Below are positions 7,445 to 17,291 of a DNA stretch of 46,504 nucleotides, in pieces. This DNA is from Deltaproteobacteria bacterium (lineage in GTDB: Bacteria; Desulfobacterota_D; UBA1144; Nemesobacterales; UBA2774): assembly GCA_029262255.1 (NCBI GenBank), contig JAJCZT010000017.1, forward strand, positions 1-46,504, read 5' to 3'. The position numbers and the translations under genes are program-made. The notes under the pieces are model-generated. The model worked only from the letters and a program-made list of their open reading frames with translations. It did not search any database and was not told where the DNA came from. Numbering within the stretch: the stretch's first letter is position 1; each line of letters begins with the position of its first letter.

Positions 7445-9043
7445 ATGAATAGAAAAGAGTTGACGGAAATCCATTCAGATTTTTTAATCATTGGAAGCGG
7501 GCTCGCGGGTCTCTACGCGGCGCTTTATGCATCAAAGTTCGGCAAGGTAACCCTGCTTACCAAATCTACTATTGAAGAGAGTAATTCGTTTTGGGCTCAG
7601 GGAGGGATAGCCGCCGCTATTGATCCTGAGGACTCAACCTGGTTTCATATCGAAGATACGCTCAGAGCCGGAAGGGGACTCTGCAATACTAAAGCGGTAG
7701 AGATTCTTGTTGAAGAGGGTAAGGATAGGGTCATGGATTTAATAGCTCTCGGAATGGAATTTGATACGGCAGAAGGCGGGCTTGAGCTAGGTCTTGAGGG
7801 AGGACATACGAAAAGACGTGTTCTTCACGCCGGGGGAACTTCAACAGGGAGAGAAATGGTCAGATTTCTAATTGCTGCTGTTGAAAATAATCCCGCAATT
7901 ACGAAGTTTGAAAATACGGGAGTAGTTCAGTTTGTTTCCGATAATCAAAGCTGTTTTGGAGCACTTGCCCTCGATCATAAATTTAATCCTTCTTTGATAT
8001 TATCTAAGTCCACTATACTTGCTACTGGCGGGGCTTCCGCTCTTTATAAAAGAACGACCAATCCTAAAGGATCAATCGGCGAAGGTATAGCTCTGGCCTA
8101 TGACGCGGGGGCGGAAATAACCGATATGGAATTTGTACAATTTCATCCGACAGCTTTTTACATGGAGCAAGGGGAGAGTTTTTTGATAAGTGAAGCGCTA
8201 AGGGGCGAGGGGGCGTATCTTCTAAATAGTGAAGGGAAAAGGTTCATGACCGAGTATAGCGAGCTTGCTGAGCTTGCCCCAAGAGACGTTGTTTCCCGCT
8301 CAATATTCCTTGAGATGAAAAAGGCGGGAGAGAAACACGTTTATTTAGACTTAAGACATATGGATTCAGATTACATTAAAAGCAAGTTCTCAAACATTTA
8401 CAATTTCTGCCAGGGGTATGGTCTTGATATCACAAAGGATTTAATCCCCGTGGCTCCAGCTGCACACTATACAATAGGCGGTGTAAGAACCGGGCTTCAG
8501 GGCGAGACAAATATTAAGGGCCTTTTTGCATGCGGAGAAGTTGCCTGCACAGGAGTGCACGGCGCCAACAGATTGGCCAGCAATTCACTTCTTGAGTGTG
8601 TGGTTTTTGCAAAGAGGGCGGTTGACGGAGCTATACAAACTGCTAATGATGAAGATGATTCCTCTACCTTTCCGGCAGAACTCAATATTGATGAATGCCA
8701 TTATGAATCTTCGGATACCCAGTTGAAGTTGTTCTTGGGTTATAAGGCAAAAATTGCGGATATTATGAACCGAAATGTAGGAATTGTTCGAAACAGTAGC
8801 GAAATATTGAGTGCAATTAGTGAAATAGAAGGTGTTTCAACATCACTGGATAAGCTATCAGGACATTACAAGCATAAGCTTGAAATGGTTCTTGATATCT
8901 CCCTTCTAATAGCAAGGTCTTCTCTGGTCAGAGAAGAGTCAAGAGGGGTGCATATAAGAGAGGATTATCCTGGGGAAAAGGATGAATGGAAAACTCATAC
9001 AGTTTATAAAAAAGGGAAAGAACCTTCATTTGTAGGGGTTTAA
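7445..9043 (+). CDS. nadB: L-aspartate oxidase
   Basis: It has the FAD dinucleotide fold DFLIIGSGLAGLYAAL plus HYTIGGV and GEVACTGVHGANRLASNSLLE. The start is placed at ATG 7445 (MNRKELTEIH); the longer ORF from 7268 overlaps the end of glnD. Confidence 0.9.
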   Translation: MNRKELTEIHSDFLIIGSGLAGLYAALYASKFGKVTLLTKSTIEESNSFWAQGGIAAAIDPEDSTWFHIEDTLRAGRGLCNTKAVEILVEEGKDRVMDLIALGMEFDTAEGGLELGLEGGHTKRRVLHAGGTSTGREMVRFLIAAVENNPAITKFENTGVVQFVSDNQSCFGALALDHKFNPSLILSKSTILATGGASALYKRTTNPKGSIGEGIALAYDAGAEITDMEFVQFHPTAFYMEQGESFLISEALRGEGAYLLNSEGKRFMTEYSELAELAPRDVVSRSIFLEMKKAGEKHVYLDLRHMDSDYIKSKFSNIYNFCQGYGLDITKDLIPVAPAAHYTIGGVRTGLQGETNIKGLFACGEVACTGVHGANRLASNSLLECVVFAKRAVDGAIQTANDEDDSSTFPAELNIDECHYESSDTQLKLFLGYKAKIADIMNRNVGIVRNSSEILSAISEIEGVSTSLDKLSGHYKHKLEMVLDISLLIARSSLVREESRGVHIREDYPGEKDEWKTHTVYKKGKEPSFVGV

Positions 9044-9055
9044 TTGATATAAAAT

Positions 9056-9913
9056 ATGAAGAATATTGAGTTGGATTGGGAAAAAGTTGATCTCATAATA
9101 GAAAATGCGCTAGAAGAAGATCTGGGATCAGGGGATGTGACAACTGATGCAATTTTTTCTTCTGATGATACCTGTGAGGCTCAAATAATCGCAAAACAAG
9201 AGGGTATCATCGCGGGTATTCCCATAGCGCAAAGGGTATTTCAAAAATTAGACCCTGGGGTTACTATTGCTCAAAAACACAAAGACGGAGAGCATGTTCA
9301 GCCCGGAGATGAAATTTTGGAGATTAAGGGGTCAGTACGCGCTGTGCTTTCAGGCGAGCGTCTGTCGCTAAATCTTCTCCAAAGAATGTCCGGCATAGCA
9401 ACTGCTACATCAAAATATGTAGAGGCAATAAGCGGATATCGGGCCCGGATACTCGATACAAGGAAAACAGCCCCCGGGCTTAGGGTATTGGATAAATATG
9501 CCGTATCGGTTGGCGGCGGGTGCAATCATCGTTTTGGTTTATATGACGCGGTATTAATTAAAGACAATCATATAAGTTTTGCAGGGAGCATTTCAAGGGC
9601 GGTAGAGTTTGTTCGTAGTAAACACCAGAGCAAATTCAAAGTTGAAGTCGAGACCTCTAATCTTCATGAAGTAAGAGAAGCCCTTAAAGCGGGAGCTGAT
9701 ATAATAATGCTCGATAACATGAGCGTTGAAATGATGAAAGAGGCGGTGAGTATTGTAGGCCGCAGCTCTATTACAGAAGCATCCGGGGGTATTATGCTGG
9801 ATACCCTCAGGGAAGTTGCGGAAACCGGCGTAGATTTCATATCGGTTGGGGCTATTACTCATTCTTCTCCGGCTTTAGACATAGGACTCTATATGGTATA
9901 CTTACCCACTTAA
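9056..9913 (+). CDS. nadC: nicotinate-nucleotide diphosphorylase (carboxylating)
   Basis: Motifs LSGERLSLNLLQRMSGIAT, LDTRKTAPGLR and IMLDNM are present. It lies between nadB and nadA. Confidence 0.9.
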   Translation: MKNIELDWEKVDLIIENALEEDLGSGDVTTDAIFSSDDTCEAQIIAKQEGIIAGIPIAQRVFQKLDPGVTIAQKHKDGEHVQPGDEILEIKGSVRAVLSGERLSLNLLQRMSGIATATSKYVEAISGYRARILDTRKTAPGLRVLDKYAVSVGGGCNHRFGLYDAVLIKDNHISFAGSISRAVEFVRSKHQSKFKVEVETSNLHEVREALKAGADIIMLDNMSVEMMKEAVSIVGRSSITEASGGIMLDTLREVAETGVDFISVGAITHSSPALDIGLYMVYLPT

Positions 9914-9938
9914 ATTTTTGATAGTACAAAATGGATAA

Positions 9939-10895
9939 ATGAAAGATAAAAATAGAATTGAAGAAGAAATAAAAAGGTTAAAAAAACAAAAGAATGCCGT
10001 GATTTTAGCCCACAATTACCAGCTTCCCGAAGTCCAGGATATAGCGGACTTTACGGGGGATTCTCTAGCGCTTTCGCAGGAAGCTGCTAATACTGAGGCC
10101 GATGTCATTGTGTTTTGCGGCGTTCATTTCATGGCAGAGACCGCCTCAATAATATCACCTGATAAAAAAGTGCTGATTCCTGATGAGAAAGCAGGTTGTT
10201 CACTTGCCGATACTATAAATGCGGATCAACTTAAGAAATGGAAGGAAGAAAACCCCGATGCAGTGGTCGTCTCCTATGTTAATACCACCGCGGAAGTAAA
10301 AGCCCTTAGTGATTATTGCTGTACATCCTCTAATGCTGTTAAGGTTGTTAACTCGGTACCTAAGGAAAAGGAAATTCTGTTTCTTCCCGATATGTTTTTG
10401 GGAGCCTATGCCGCTAAGGTAACGGACAGAAAGATTCACGTTTGGCCTGGAGAATGTCATGTGCACGCCGGGATAAGAAAGCAGGATCTGGACGAGATGG
10501 AGCATTCGCACCCCGATGCCGAGATGATAATACACCCCGAATGCGGATGCACAACGAATCTAATGTATCATGCGGAAACCGGCTCACCCGCAAATGGAAA
10601 CGGGCATATAAAATTCCTCTCTACCGGTGGAATGATTAAACATGCTAAAGAATCCCCGTCTAAAGAATTTATTATTGCGACTGAGACCGGGATGCTGCAC
10701 CGGCTAAGAAAAGACAGTCCGGACAAAATTTTTCATCCCGCAAGGGAGAGCGCCGTTTGTAAATATATGAAGATGATTACGCTTGATAAGGTTCTAAGGT
10801 CTTTGGAAGAGGACATTTATGAAGTTAAAGTCCCCCATCATACCGCGCTTAAAGCAAAAAGATCAATTGAACGGATGCTTGAGATAACCAACTAA
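9939..10895 (+). CDS. nadA: quinolinate synthase
   Basis: AVILAHNYQLPEVQDIADFTGDSL, GVHFMAETA and conserved Cys residues (CSLAD, IHPECGC, CKYMK) are present. Confidence 0.9.
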   Translation: MKDKNRIEEEIKRLKKQKNAVILAHNYQLPEVQDIADFTGDSLALSQEAANTEADVIVFCGVHFMAETASIISPDKKVLIPDEKAGCSLADTINADQLKKWKEENPDAVVVSYVNTTAEVKALSDYCCTSSNAVKVVNSVPKEKEILFLPDMFLGAYAAKVTDRKIHVWPGECHVHAGIRKQDLDEMEHSHPDAEMIIHPECGCTTNLMYHAETGSPANGNGHIKFLSTGGMIKHAKESPSKEFIIATETGMLHRLRKDSPDKIFHPARESAVCKYMKMITLDKVLRSLEEDIYEVKVPHHTALKAKRSIERMLEITN

Positions 10896-12631
10896 TATCC
10901 CGCAGTTGACCCGCCCGGTCTTCTGGGATCAGAGGCGCCGTACAGATAATCCCCGGTTTTCATAATACTCTCGGCTACGCCAATCGTATTGCCTATTTCG
11001 ACTTTATGCCCCATCTCCCTCAGTATATTGATCGTGTCTTCGTTTAGCCCCCTTTCTACTTTCAACTCGTCAGGAAGCCATTGATGGTGCACTCTGACGG
11101 CATTGGTAGCCTCAGAGATATTCATATCAAAATCAATGACGTTTAATATTATCTGGAGCACGGTGGTAATAATCCTGCTTCCTCCGGGGCTTCCTGTAAT
11201 AAGAAAAGGTTTCCCTTCTTTCATTACAATTGTAGGACTCATAGAGCTAAGCATTCTTTTTTCCGGGGCTATCGAATTGAATTTCCCGCCGACTAAACCA
11301 AAAGCGTTTGGCGCGCCGGGCTTGGCTGAGAAATCATCCATTTCGTTGTTTAAGAGGATGCCTGTACCGGGAACGGTAATTTTAGAGCCATAACTAAAAT
11401 TTAAGGTGTATGTATTTGAGACGGCGTTTCCATAGCTGTCCATTACAGAGAAATGAGTTGTATTACTCCCTTCATTTATAGTCGGTTTCCCGGGAGATAT
11501 TTCCCTGCTAGGGGTGGATTTCTCCGGGTCTATTTTTTCTTTTAAAGCTTTGGCGTATTTCTTTGAGGTAAGTCCTGAGACCGGTACCGGAGAAAAATCC
11601 GGATCACCCAGGTGCTTTGAGCGGTCGGCGTAAGCATGCTTCATCGTTTCGGTTAAAATATGTATTGTTTTAGCTGTGTTATGACCGAAAGATGATAGAG
11701 GAAACTGCTCTAGGATATTTAACATCTGGATTAGATGAACCCCGCCTGAGCTTGGTGGGGGCATGGAATAAATCTCATATCCTCTATATTCGCCTTCTAC
11801 AGGCCTACGTATTAGGGCTTTGTAATTTTTTAAATCACGAGACGTTATTAATCCGCCGTTTTGTTTCATAAAAGAGTCGATCTTTTTAGATATCGCTCCG
11901 TTATAAAATGCTTCGGATCCGTCTTCAGCAATTTGCTTTAAGCTCCAGGCCAAATCTTTTTGGATAAGGGTTTCGCCCTCCGAGTAAGGCTCCCCTCCCT
12001 TTTTATAGAATATATCCATGCTTGCTCTTGAGCCCTCCATCCGGCCCTTTGCCTGAGCAAGAGATTTGCTAAGCTCACGGTCTACCGTAAAGCCCCTTTG
12101 GGCTAATTCGATTGCGGGTTCAAGAGCCCTTTCTAGGGAAATAGTGCCATATTTTTCAAGCGCCAATGTGAGCCCCTCCACAGTTCCGGGCACCCCTACC
12201 GATAATATGCTGTGCCTGGATTTCTCCTTGTCCGCGTTTCTCTCTACGTCCAGGAACATGTCCTGGCTTGCTTTTTCAGGAGCCTTTTCTCTGTAGTCAA
12301 TGGATAGAACTTGATTGGAATCCTCAAGATAGATAAGCATGAAACCGCCTCCGCCCAAATTCCCCGCTCTCGGAAATGTAACTGCTAATGTAAATCCAAT
12401 AGTTACCGCGGCGTCTACAGCGTTTCCACCCTCTTTTAATACCTTTAATCCCGCCTGGGTAGCGTATTTGCTCTCAGTAACTACCATTGCACTCTGGGCA
12501 ACTACAGGATGGAACCTTGCTTCTCTTCTATATAGAGGGTCCCCCTGCCCGAATGTTTGGGCTATGGGTATCAGAGCTAAGAACAGCAAGAACTTAAGTG
12601 TTGATGGAATAAGAGAAATAGACATAGACAT
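10892..12631 (-). CDS. ggt: gamma-glutamyltranspeptidase, secreted
   Basis: It has an N-terminal signal peptide, the autoprocessing and nucleophile site GSNTTHFSVMD, and the GSPGGSRII motif. Its stop overlaps the nadA stop in convergent orientation. Confidence 0.9.
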   Translation of the reverse strand: MSMSISLIPSTLKFLLFLALIPIAQTFGQGDPLYRREARFHPVVAQSAMVVTESKYATQAGLKVLKEGGNAVDAAVTIGFTLAVTFPRAGNLGGGGFMLIYLEDSNQVLSIDYREKAPEKASQDMFLDVERNADKEKSRHSILSVGVPGTVEGLTLALEKYGTISLERALEPAIELAQRGFTVDRELSKSLAQAKGRMEGSRASMDIFYKKGGEPYSEGETLIQKDLAWSLKQIAEDGSEAFYNGAISKKIDSFMKQNGGLITSRDLKNYKALIRRPVEGEYRGYEIYSMPPPSSGGVHLIQMLNILEQFPLSSFGHNTAKTIHILTETMKHAYADRSKHLGDPDFSPVPVSGLTSKKYAKALKEKIDPEKSTPSREISPGKPTINEGSNTTHFSVMDSYGNAVSNTYTLNFSYGSKITVPGTGILLNNEMDDFSAKPGAPNAFGLVGGKFNSIAPEKRMLSSMSPTIVMKEGKPFLITGSPGGSRIITTVLQIILNVIDFDMNISEATNAVRVHHQWLPDELKVERGLNEDTINILREMGHKVEIGNTIGVAESIMKTGDYLYGASDPRRPGGSTAGY

Positions 12632-12755
12632 TGTGTGATAGAATATCTTTACGATCTAAATCTTGCAATATCTCTAGAAAGCTAGACGGTCTTAAAGCTA
12701 CAGGGTTATTAAATAGAGTGGATTCAAAGAAGAAATTTTTGCAATATATGTCGTT

Positions 12756-14072
12756 TTACTGATTCATCATATTGAAAAATTCTTTATTGGATTTGGTGCC
12801 GCTCATCTTATCCAGCAAAAATTCCATAGCCTCAGTTGTATTCATAGGGCTAAGTACTTTTCTTAAAAGCCAGACTTTATTGAGCACCTCTTCACTTAAC
12901 AGAAGCTCTTCCTTTCTGGTTCCTGAGCGCTGAAGATCAATCGCTGGGAATACCCTTTTGTCGGCGAGCCTTCTGTCGAGGTAGCATTCCATGTTTCCGG
13001 TTCCTTTAAATTCTTCAAAAATAACCTCGTCCATTCTGCTGCCTGTGTCGATTAGCGCAGTTGCTATAATAGTAAGACTGCCGCCTTCTTCGGTATTTCT
13101 GGCCGCACCAAAAAATCTCTTTGGTCTCTGAAGTGCGGTTGCCTCCATACCCCCTGAAAGCACTCTACCGCTGGAGGGGCTAACGGTGTTGCTTGCGCGA
13201 GCGAGCCTTGTAAGACTGTCCAGAAGAATAACAACGTCCTTTCCGTGTTCCACAAGTCTCTTTGCCTTTTCAATCACCATGTCGGCAACCTGTATATGTC
13301 TCTGAGCAGGTTCATCAAAGGTAGAGCTCACCACCTCTCCGTTAACAGAACGGTCCATATCGGTTACTTCCTCAGGGCGCTCGTCGATAAGTAGGACAAT
13401 TAGCACTACTTCGGGATTATTTTGTGTAATGGCATTTGCAATTCTCTGGAGCAATATTGTTTTTCCTGTTCTTGGCGGTGCAACAATTACGGCTCTCTGG
13501 CCTTTACCGATCGGAATAAATAATTCCAGTACCCTGCTGCAAAATTCTTTAGGATCGTATTCTAATTGTAGTTTCTCTTCAGGATGAAGCGGAACGCGGT
13601 TCTCAAAGGCTACGCGCTCTCTGCATACTTCGGGAGAATCAAAATTTACTTCTTGTATTTTGAGTAGGGCAAGATTTTTCTCACCTTCTCTTGGGAGGCG
13701 GACCTGTCCACCCACGGTATCGCCCGTTCTTAGATTAAATGAACGTATCTGTGATTTAGATACGTATATGTCGTCTGGTCCTGGAAGGTAGCTGTATTTA
13801 GGGGATCTTAAAAACCCATATCCTTCTGAGAGTATTTCAAGCACGCCTTCTGCAAAAATGACGCCTTCTTTTTCACTTTGCGTTTTAAGAATGGCAATGA
13901 TTATGTCCTGTTTGGACATTCGGGAAGCTTCGTCAATCTCGAGTTCCCTTGCCATTTTCATGAGTTCAACGCTCTTGGTGTTTCTGAGATCGTTTAGATT
14001 GAGTAAATAGGATTCTTCTTCTGAAACTTCCTTTTCTTCGGGTTTCTCCCGTAATTTTGTTGCTCTAGCCAT
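12756..14072 (-). CDS. rho: transcription termination factor Rho
   Basis: It has the RNA-binding domain [14 protein letters not shown], the Walker A motif APPRTGKT, and RFFGAARN. The start is placed at the ATG at 14072 (MARATK), which has GAGGA 13 nt upstream, rather than the ORF-track start at 14123. Confidence 0.9.
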   Translation of the reverse strand: MARATKLREKPEEKEVSEEESYLLNLNDLRNTKSVELMKMARELEIDEASRMSKQDIIIAILKTQSEKEGVIFAEGVLEILSEGYGFLRSPKYSYLPGPDDIYVSKSQIRSFNLRTGDTVGGQVRLPREGEKNLALLKIQEVNFDSPEVCRERVAFENRVPLHPEEKLQLEYDPKEFCSRVLELFIPIGKGQRAVIVAPPRTGKTILLQRIANAITQNNPEVVLIVLLIDERPEEVTDMDRSVNGEVVSSTFDEPAQRHIQVADMVIEKAKRLVEHGKDVVILLDSLTRLARASNTVSPSSGRVLSGGMEATALQRPKRFFGAARNTEEGGSLTIIATALIDTGSRMDEVIFEEFKGTGNMECYLDRRLADKRVFPAIDLQRSGTRKEELLLSEEVLNKVWLLRKVLSPMNTTEAMEFLLDKMSGTKSNKEFFNMMNQ

Positions 14073-14255
14073 AAGTGTTAAATTCCTCGAACCATATATT
14101 TGGGATTTTATTGCAAAATTCAATTTGCGAAATTCTGGAAATGAATGTCAGTTCTTTGTGAGTTACATTGAAAGTTATTAGACAGTAATATTATGTATCC
14201 CAAAGAACTATTTTGTCAAGTAAGTTTTTTCAGGGAATAATTTAGTGCCTCTTTG

Positions 14256-14264
14256 TGCTATAAT
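14256..14264 (+). promoter_or_regulatory. extended -10 promoter element TGcTATAAT
   Basis: A perfect TGnTATAAT lies about 80 nt upstream of ATG 14345. A second candidate, TTGTCA-N17-AATAAT, lies just upstream. Confidence 0.4.
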
Positions 14265-14344
14265 GAATTCCACCTAAATGAATTAATAATGGATATTATA
14301 CTTAAGTTAGGTGAATTATTCAAAGAACTCGTAAAGGAGAAGGT

Positions 14345-15301
14345 ATGAAAGCAGAAAAAGTATTGTTAACATTCATGAGCGGTCTGATTATTCTTTGTGG
14401 TTTATTACCAGTCCTCTCTATCGCTAATGAAAGGGAGGTAGGCAAAATCAATCAAATGAAAAATGATATTAACGGTAGTGAATTGGCTATGGCATCACCG
14501 CCCTCTTTGTTTGAGCTGGAATTAACTTCTTTATCCGGAGAGATATTTATTAATCCCGCATACACGGGGAAAATAAACTCAGTAAGCACATTAAATAGAA
14601 ATCATCTATTAGGGGAAAGAATAGATATTGAGACCAGGACTTTGACCGATGGCTGGAAAAAGTTAAATGTTCCCCCTTCTTTGTCCGGTGTTTTTGGTTT
14701 AGTGGTATCAGGCCAAAATGGCATTTTAAAAATCACATTACCTCAAAATACAGCTAATAGCTCGGGATCTGGAACTTTAAGGCCAATAGGGAGCCTGTTT
14801 ATAGAGTTCGGATCACTTGACGCAACTTTTACTTTTTCTGACTTAAACATTCTTGAGCCGAGCAAGTATGAAATGGGAATTCTAAACAGCGCAGATAATT
14901 CTTTTATTAATGGGGATATAATTGTTCTAAAAAATAATCAGGCCGCTGTGCGGTTTGAGCACCTGCCTTCTTCTGTGGTTAACAAAGAAGGTCTGATCCG
15001 CGTTAGTTTAAAGAAATCCGACAGAACTTTTATCAGCTCTGATTTACCCGCTTGGGGCTACAATCTTATAGTTTCTGAAACGGATACGGGTGTGCCCGCT
15101 CCGATTACCGCTGAGGTTTTCGGACTTCCCGATGACGTAGAGATAAAGTTCAATTTTATTTCTTTAACGGGGCAAATTATTAATCCCTCAACAAAGACAC
15201 TAACAGTGGGGGAAATTAATAAAGGGACTGAAGTTTCTACTATTACCACCAAGATCGAAGGACCTCAGCCTATTACAGTTACAATTACAAGGTTGAAGTA
15301 G
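14345..15301 (+). CDS. secreted hypothetical protein (no family recognised)
   Basis: It has an AAGGAGAAGG Shine-Dalgarno, a signal peptide (LLTFMSGLIILCGLLPVLSIANE), a beta-rich Ser/Thr/Asn-rich composition and its own terminator. Confidence 0.7.
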   Translation: MKAEKVLLTFMSGLIILCGLLPVLSIANEREVGKINQMKNDINGSELAMASPPSLFELELTSLSGEIFINPAYTGKINSVSTLNRNHLLGERIDIETRTLTDGWKKLNVPPSLSGVFGLVVSGQNGILKITLPQNTANSSGSGTLRPIGSLFIEFGSLDATFTFSDLNILEPSKYEMGILNSADNSFINGDIIVLKNNQAAVRFEHLPSSVVNKEGLIRVSLKKSDRTFISSDLPAWGYNLIVSETDTGVPAPITAEVFGLPDDVEIKFNFISLTGQIINPSTKTLTVGEINKGTEVSTITTKIEGPQPITVTITRLK

Positions 15302-15330
15302 CAAGACGGGTTAAAAGTCTTGCTAATTTT
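15299..15330 (+). terminator. rho-independent terminator
   Basis: A 9-bp perfect stem, tagcaagac (15299-15307) with gtcttgcta (15317-15325), encloses a 9-nt loop and is followed by atttt. The stem includes the TAG stop of the preceding gene. Confidence 0.6.
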
Positions 15331-15360
15331 GGTCTGATGTTTTAAAATTCTAGTAGGCTA

Positions 15361-15381
15361 ATTTGATTATTTTAATCAAAT
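15361..15381. promoter_or_regulatory. perfect 9-bp inverted repeat (ATTTGATTA-ttt-TAATCAAAT) upstream of yebC
   Basis: The palindrome ends 24 nt before the yebC ATG, just upstream of the AAGAGGTGA Shine-Dalgarno. It is a possible operator. Confidence 0.35.
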
Positions 15382-15405
15382 ATATCGTAAAGAGGTGAAG
15401 CAACT

Positions 15406-16152
15406 ATGTCAGGACATTCTAAATGGGCAAATATAAAACATAGAAAAGCCGCTGTTGACGCGAAGAGAGGTAAAGTATTTACAAAGCTTATTCGTGAACT
15501 GACTGTTGCGGCTAAACATGGAGGGGGGGATCTCGACTCCAACCCGAGACTTAGAACGGCAATAACTACTGCCAAGAACGCGAATATGCCCAATGACACT
15601 ATAGACCGCGCTATAAAACGTGGTACAACGGAAGTTGGGGGGGATGATTTTCACGAACTCATGTACGAAGGTTATGGTCCTGGTGGCAGTGCTGTACTTG
15701 TTCAAACGCTTACTGACAATAAAAATCGTACGGTGGCTGATATAAGAAGGATTTTTACCAAGCACGGGGGCAACCTTGGAGAGAACGGTTGTGTAGCCTG
15801 GATGTTCCATATGAAGGGTCGCATTGGTTTTGAGAAGGAAAAAGTCGACGAGGATCAAATTTTTGAAATTGCTCTTGAAGCCGGAGCTGAAGATGTAATC
15901 ACTGAGGATAGTGAACTTGTTGTAACAACTCCGCCCGAGCTTATAGAAGAAGTTAAAAGCGCAATTGAAGCGGCAAGCATAGGTTTTGAGACAGCCGAGG
16001 TTACAATGATTCCCGAAAATAGCGTCAAGATAGAAGGAAAGGAGGCTGAACATATGCTTCGTCTTATGGAAGCGCTTGAAGATAGTGATGATGTTCAGAA
16101 TGTTTATTCCAATTTTGATGTTCCTGAAGAACTTATAGAAAGCATGGCATAA
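15406..16152 (+). CDS. yebC: YebC/PmpR-family DNA-binding/translation-associated protein
   Basis: [28 protein letters not shown] is the invariant YebC N-terminus. It shows the conserved linkage to ruvC. Confidence 0.95.
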   Translation: MSGHSKWANIKHRKAAVDAKRGKVFTKLIRELTVAAKHGGGDLDSNPRLRTAITTAKNANMPNDTIDRAIKRGTTEVGGDDFHELMYEGYGPGGSAVLVQTLTDNKNRTVADIRRIFTKHGGNLGENGCVAWMFHMKGRIGFEKEKVDEDQIFEIALEAGAEDVITEDSELVVTTPPELIEEVKSAIEAASIGFETAEVTMIPENSVKIEGKEAEHMLRLMEALEDSDDVQNVYSNFDVPEELIESMA

Positions 16153-16153
16153 T

Positions 16154-16699
16154 ATGAGGGTAATAGGCATAGACCCCGGTTCAAGGGTTTGCGGATACGG
16201 GGTTCTTGAAGCCCAAAACGGTGAAGTTACTCATATCATAAGCGGGTCTATTGCTCCCAATGCCGCCTTGCCGCTGCACCAGAGATTAAAAGTCATATAT
16301 GAGGGTCTTTTGAAGGTTATAGACCAGCATGCTCCGGATGTAATGTCTGTTGAGGATATCTTCTTTGCTAAAGGCGCAAAGAGCGCAATAAAACTGGGAC
16401 AGGCCAGAGGCGTGGCCCTTCTAGCGGGAGCTGTCTCCGGGATATCCATTCATGAATATGCCCCTACAAAAGTGAAACTTGCTCTTACCGGAAGAGGGAG
16501 GGCGAATAAAATGGAAGTTCAAAATATGCTTTCAAAATTATTAGGTGTAACCCAGTGGGAAACCCCCGATGCATCGGATGCGGTAGCGATTGCTCTTTGT
16601 CATATACATATTTCACAAATCGAAACAAGATTGGGCAAAGAGTTTGTTCAGCCCAGAAGAAAAAGGAGGCGTTTTACATTAGATGATCTCCCTTCTTAG
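16154..16699 (+). CDS. ruvC: crossover junction endodeoxyribonuclease RuvC
   Basis: VIGIDPGSRVCGYGV carries the catalytic Asp, and DASDAVAIALCH is near the C-terminus. The gene starts 1 nt after the yebC stop. Confidence 0.9.
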   Translation: MRVIGIDPGSRVCGYGVLEAQNGEVTHIISGSIAPNAALPLHQRLKVIYEGLLKVIDQHAPDVMSVEDIFFAKGAKSAIKLGQARGVALLAGAVSGISIHEYAPTKVKLALTGRGRANKMEVQNMLSKLLGVTQWETPDASDAVAIALCHIHISQIETRLGKEFVQPRRKRRRFTLDDLPS

Positions 16700-17270
16700 A
16701 GGAAATATTGTTCAAAAGTCCTTAGGAAAAGTAGTAGTGGATGTAAATGGAGTAGGCTACGGCGTTACTGTTCCTCTATCCACCTATTATCGCCTTCCTG
16801 AACAGGGCATTGAAGTTGTATTAGAAATACATACTCAGATGAAAGATAGCGGTATTGAGTTATTCGGATTCCTAACCCAGGATGAAAAAACAGTTTTCAC
16901 TATATTAATCGGAGTCTCGGGCGTGGGCCCTAAAGTAGCGACAAACATCCTCTCAAACATTTCACCTTCAGAGTTTGCCACGGCAATTACCTCAGGCGAT
17001 CTTGCCAAGAGGAAGATTGCGGGGATTGGACCCAAGATGGCATCAAGATTAATGACTGAGCTAAAGGATAAAGTGCTCACGTTTCAACCTTCATCGGAAA
17101 TACACAGCAAGTCGGGTATTGTAGAGGACGTGATATCGGCTCTAATGAATCTGGGCTATAAACGCCAGGAGATTGATGAGAGAATATCCGAGCTTGAAGA
17201 AATTACATCAAACGAAAGTAATTTAGAGGTAGCATTAAGAGAGTGTTTAAAAGTTATGAGAAAGGGGTAA
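16683..17270 (+). CDS. ruvA: Holliday junction branch migration complex subunit RuvA
   Basis: MISLLRGNIV..VDVNGVGYGV, the HhH region GVSGVGPKVA and IAGIGPKMASRL are present. It overlaps ruvC by 17 nt. Confidence 0.9.
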   Translation: MISLLRGNIVQKSLGKVVVDVNGVGYGVTVPLSTYYRLPEQGIEVVLEIHTQMKDSGIELFGFLTQDEKTVFTILIGVSGVGPKVATNILSNISPSEFATAITSGDLAKRKIAGIGPKMASRLMTELKDKVLTFQPSSEIHSKSGIVEDVISALMNLGYKRQEIDERISELEEITSNESNLEVALRECLKVMRKG

Positions 17271-17291
17271 CACTTTTCTTGGGATAATTAA

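Noticed and set aside
15409-16170. 253-aa ORF on the minus strand covering the whole of yebC
   Set aside because: This is a shadow ORF antisense to an unmistakable YebC gene. The product is low-complexity (Phe/Ile/Asn/Ser/Lys-rich) with no motif, no Shine-Dalgarno and no independent support.
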